Shown here: piece by piece, positions 56,517 through 58,334 of the stretch
How positions within the stretch are numbered: the stretch's first letter is position 1
How the letters are laid out: each line of letters begins with the position of its first letter
Origin: a virus
Lineage: Duplodnaviria > Caudoviricetes
Virus record (IMG/VR): IMGVR_UViG_3300048848_000261
Span: 1 to 58,334 of that record
Strand: one strand, 5' to 3'
DNA length: 58,334 nucleotides
The notes under the pieces: model-generated
What the model was told of the DNA's origin: nothing
The model's input: only the letters and a program-made list of their open reading frames with translations
The model's database searches: none
Translations under genes and position numbers: made by a program

Positions 56517-57049
56517 CCAGCAACACAAATCTTGCCGAGATCGTTGATCGGCTGCGCGTCAGAACTCGGCCATCGTATGGGTATCAGCCGCTTATGGACG
56601 AAGCCGCAGAAGCGATCGAGCACCTCCAGGGTGAGCGCGACCACTTCTATAAGCAGTGGAGCTCTTGCTGGGCTCCGCTCACCCCCAGAAGCGAAAACGA
56701 GAAGCGCGGGCTTGACCGTGTTCTCGCAATCCTCAAGTCCAAGCTCAGCGACGGCGGGGGTATTGTCGGCGCGTCAGACGTCCAGCGAACTCACAACGAC
56801 TACTATCGCGGCCGGCGCGTGGCCTTCGAGGAATGCGCTGAAATGCTGCGCCTCGCCTTGGAAGCAGAGAGCCCATCACCCGGAACGAATTTGGTATCAG
56901 CCGAACTCGCGGATGCGTCGAAAGTCAACGAGAACGCGTGTGGATCAAAAGAAGAAAGCTCGGCAACATGTTGCCCAGATGACCCTAATAGTGACCCTAA
57001 AAACGAGAACATCTGCTCGCCCCAGAACGATGCGGATGGCAAGCCATGA
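56513..57049 (+). CDS. Chimeric early protein
   Basis: IVDRLR...LMDEAAEAIE.L N-terminus; ends in the 159-bp repeat module. Confidence 0.75.
   Translation: MTSNTNLAEIVDRLRVRTRPSYGYQPLMDEAAEAIEHLQGERDHFYKQWSSCWAPLTPRSENEKRGLDRVLAILKSKLSDGGGIVGASDVQRTHNDYYRGRRVAFEECAEMLRLALEAESPSPGTNLVSAELADASKVNENACGSKEESSATCCPDDPNSDPKNENICSPQNDADGKP
56873..57031 (+). repeat. 159-bp diverged repeat, copy 2
   Basis: See copy 1. Confidence 0.9.
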
Positions 57050-57213
57050 CAGCTCGAGCGATCATCACCGAGATTGAGCTGCGCAGGATGGCGAAGGTAG
57101 CCAAGAGGGATGGTGTTCGCGTCGAAGTGGAGATTGGCGGCAGGCTTTTTCGTGTCGCGCCAGACAACGCGAAGCCAGCTGCTGTTGACGAACACGAGGA
57201 GATCAGGCTTTGA
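57046..57213 (+). CDS. Putative excisionase (55 aa, not in the ORF track)
   Basis: MTARAIITEIELRRMAKVAKRDGVRVEVEI...; immediately upstream of the integrase. Confidence 0.6.
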   Translation: MTARAIITEIELRRMAKVAKRDGVRVEVEIGGRLFRVAPDNAKPAAVDEHEEIRL

Positions 57214-58334
57214 ATGACTTCATGCCGCGAAAACTCCCGCTCTATGTCTGTAAGCAAAAGGACCGAAACGGTTCTTGGGTATACTATTTCCGCATCGGGA
57301 AGGGTACGCGCACCCGCCTTCCCGACCCCAACGATAGCAGATTTCGCGCGGCCTATCAGGCCGCTCTTGCGGGTACTGAAGTCGAGATAAAGGATCGCGA
57401 CACCCCGAACACGATCGCATGGCTTATTGCTCGCTACATGGAGAGCGCAGACTGGGCAGGCCTCCAGCCGGCGACCAGGAAGCAGCGCAGCAACATATTT
57501 TTCCATGTCAAAGAAAAGTCAGACGGTCGCGGCGGCAAGATCGGGATGAAGCCTTACTCCCTGATCACGGACAAAGCCGTGCGTGCAGGCATGGAAGATC
57601 GTGCCAAGACGCCGGCAGCCGCAAACAACTATCTGAAATCGATGTCTGCTCTATGCCGGTGGGCCGTCAAGAACGGCCACATGAAGGTCAACCCTACAGA
57701 AGGAGCGGAGCGCTTCAAGCTCAAGGGTGACGGCTTCCCGGCGTGGGAGATCGAGGACGTTCGGGCATTCTGCATCAAATGGCCGATAGGCACAAAACAG
57801 CGGCTGGCGATGGAGCTCGCCATGCATACTGGGCTGAGGCGGTCGGACCTGGTCCGGATCGGACGTCAGCACCTGCGCGGCAATACCCTCTCAATCACCA
57901 CTACGAAGACATCAGCGCGAATCACTGTCGAGCTTCCGCAGCGCGTGATCGACATCATCGCGGCAACGCAGACCGGCGATCTCCATTTTTTGGTGACTGA
58001 TTATGGGAAGCCATTTTCGGTCCCAGGGTTCGGAAACTGGTTCGGGGACGCATCAAGGAAAGCGAATCTCGAAAAAAATACCCACGGCTTGCGGAAGCTG
58101 GCAGCGACGATGGCCGCAAATGGCGGCGCAACAGCGCATGAATTGATGAGCCAGTTCGGCTGGTCGAACTCCAAACAGGCTGAAGTTTACACAAAAAAAG
58201 CGGACAGAGCCCGCCTTGGAGTAAAGTCTTCGCGCATCGTCAGCGAACAGCTCGGGAACGAGCTTGCCCCTCACAGCAATTCTTGTGAGGGAAATATTCC
58301 AGATAGTGAAGCGATATCAATAACTAAGAATTGA
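57210..58334 (+). CDS. int: Prophage integrase (tyrosine recombinase)
   Basis: Arm-binding N-terminus (DRNG...YYFR); TGLRRSD, K, HGLRK, FGW, Y. The start is probably ATG 57222. Confidence 0.95.
   Translation: MNDFMPRKLPLYVCKQKDRNGSWVYYFRIGKGTRTRLPDPNDSRFRAAYQAALAGTEVEIKDRDTPNTIAWLIARYMESADWAGLQPATRKQRSNIFFHVKEKSDGRGGKIGMKPYSLITDKAVRAGMEDRAKTPAAANNYLKSMSALCRWAVKNGHMKVNPTEGAERFKLKGDGFPAWEIEDVRAFCIKWPIGTKQRLAMELAMHTGLRRSDLVRIGRQHLRGNTLSITTTKTSARITVELPQRVIDIIAATQTGDLHFLVTDYGKPFSVPGFGNWFGDASRKANLEKNTHGLRKLAATMAANGGATAHELMSQFGWSNSKQAEVYTKKADRARLGVKSSRIVSEQLGNELAPHSNSCEGNIPDSEAISITKN

Larger units (their letters stand above)
9012..58334. mobile_element. Temperate siphovirus prophage (HK97-type head, non-contractile tail), about 49 kb, right end just beyond the window
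   Basis: Complete syntenic module set: int/xis, CI/Cro, replication, terminase, portal, capsid, tail, lysis. Confidence 0.93.

Noticed and set aside
52972-57031. Diverged 159-bp repeat pair as a DGR template/variable repeat
   Set aside because: Mismatches are not adenine-specific, and no reverse transcriptase is present in the window.
50773-57031. Motif array as a CRISPR array or integron attC array
   Set aside because: Spacing is irregular (about 140-1200 bp), copies are degenerate, non-palindromic and inside ORFs; there are no cas genes and no attC-like inverted structure.

Overview
Most of the window (about 9012 to past 58334) is an apparently intact temperate siphovirus prophage of an alphaproteobacterium, probably Rhizobiaceae (inferred from gene families, the LexA box type and the tRNA remnant). 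From right to left it carries: integrase and excisionase, a rightward early operon of about 20 small genes, a CI/Cro switch with five TACG-N7-CGTA operators, a leftward early operon (CII-like, N6-adenine methylase, replication initiator with iterons, NusG-paralog antiterminator), HNH/terminase, HK97-type head, TP901-type tail, a tail-fibre module containing an FAD oxidoreductase, glycosyltransferase/YfbU morons, lysis genes interrupted by a LexA-boxed operon, and a second tyrosine recombinase next to the putative attL (tRNA 3' remnant at 9012-9025). Bases 1-9000 are a separate accessory region: an RTX protein, a small membrane-protein paralog family, a FkbM methyltransferase and a broken Dam methylase. 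The most striking unexplained signal is at 50.7-57.0 kb. Thirteen copies of an 18-bp motif (CCAtCACCCcAaaCGAAT, always read in frame as roughly P-S/P-P-Q-T-N) sit inside the early genes. Both segmental duplications there (589 bp apparently identical; 159 bp diverged) start and stop on this motif, which suggests a repeat-guided, in-frame protein-domain shuffling array. A second candidate is a promoter-bearing structured antisense RNA (about 19335-19435) complementary to the leader of the tail-fibre gene. All calls are by eye from motifs and synteny; no searches were run.
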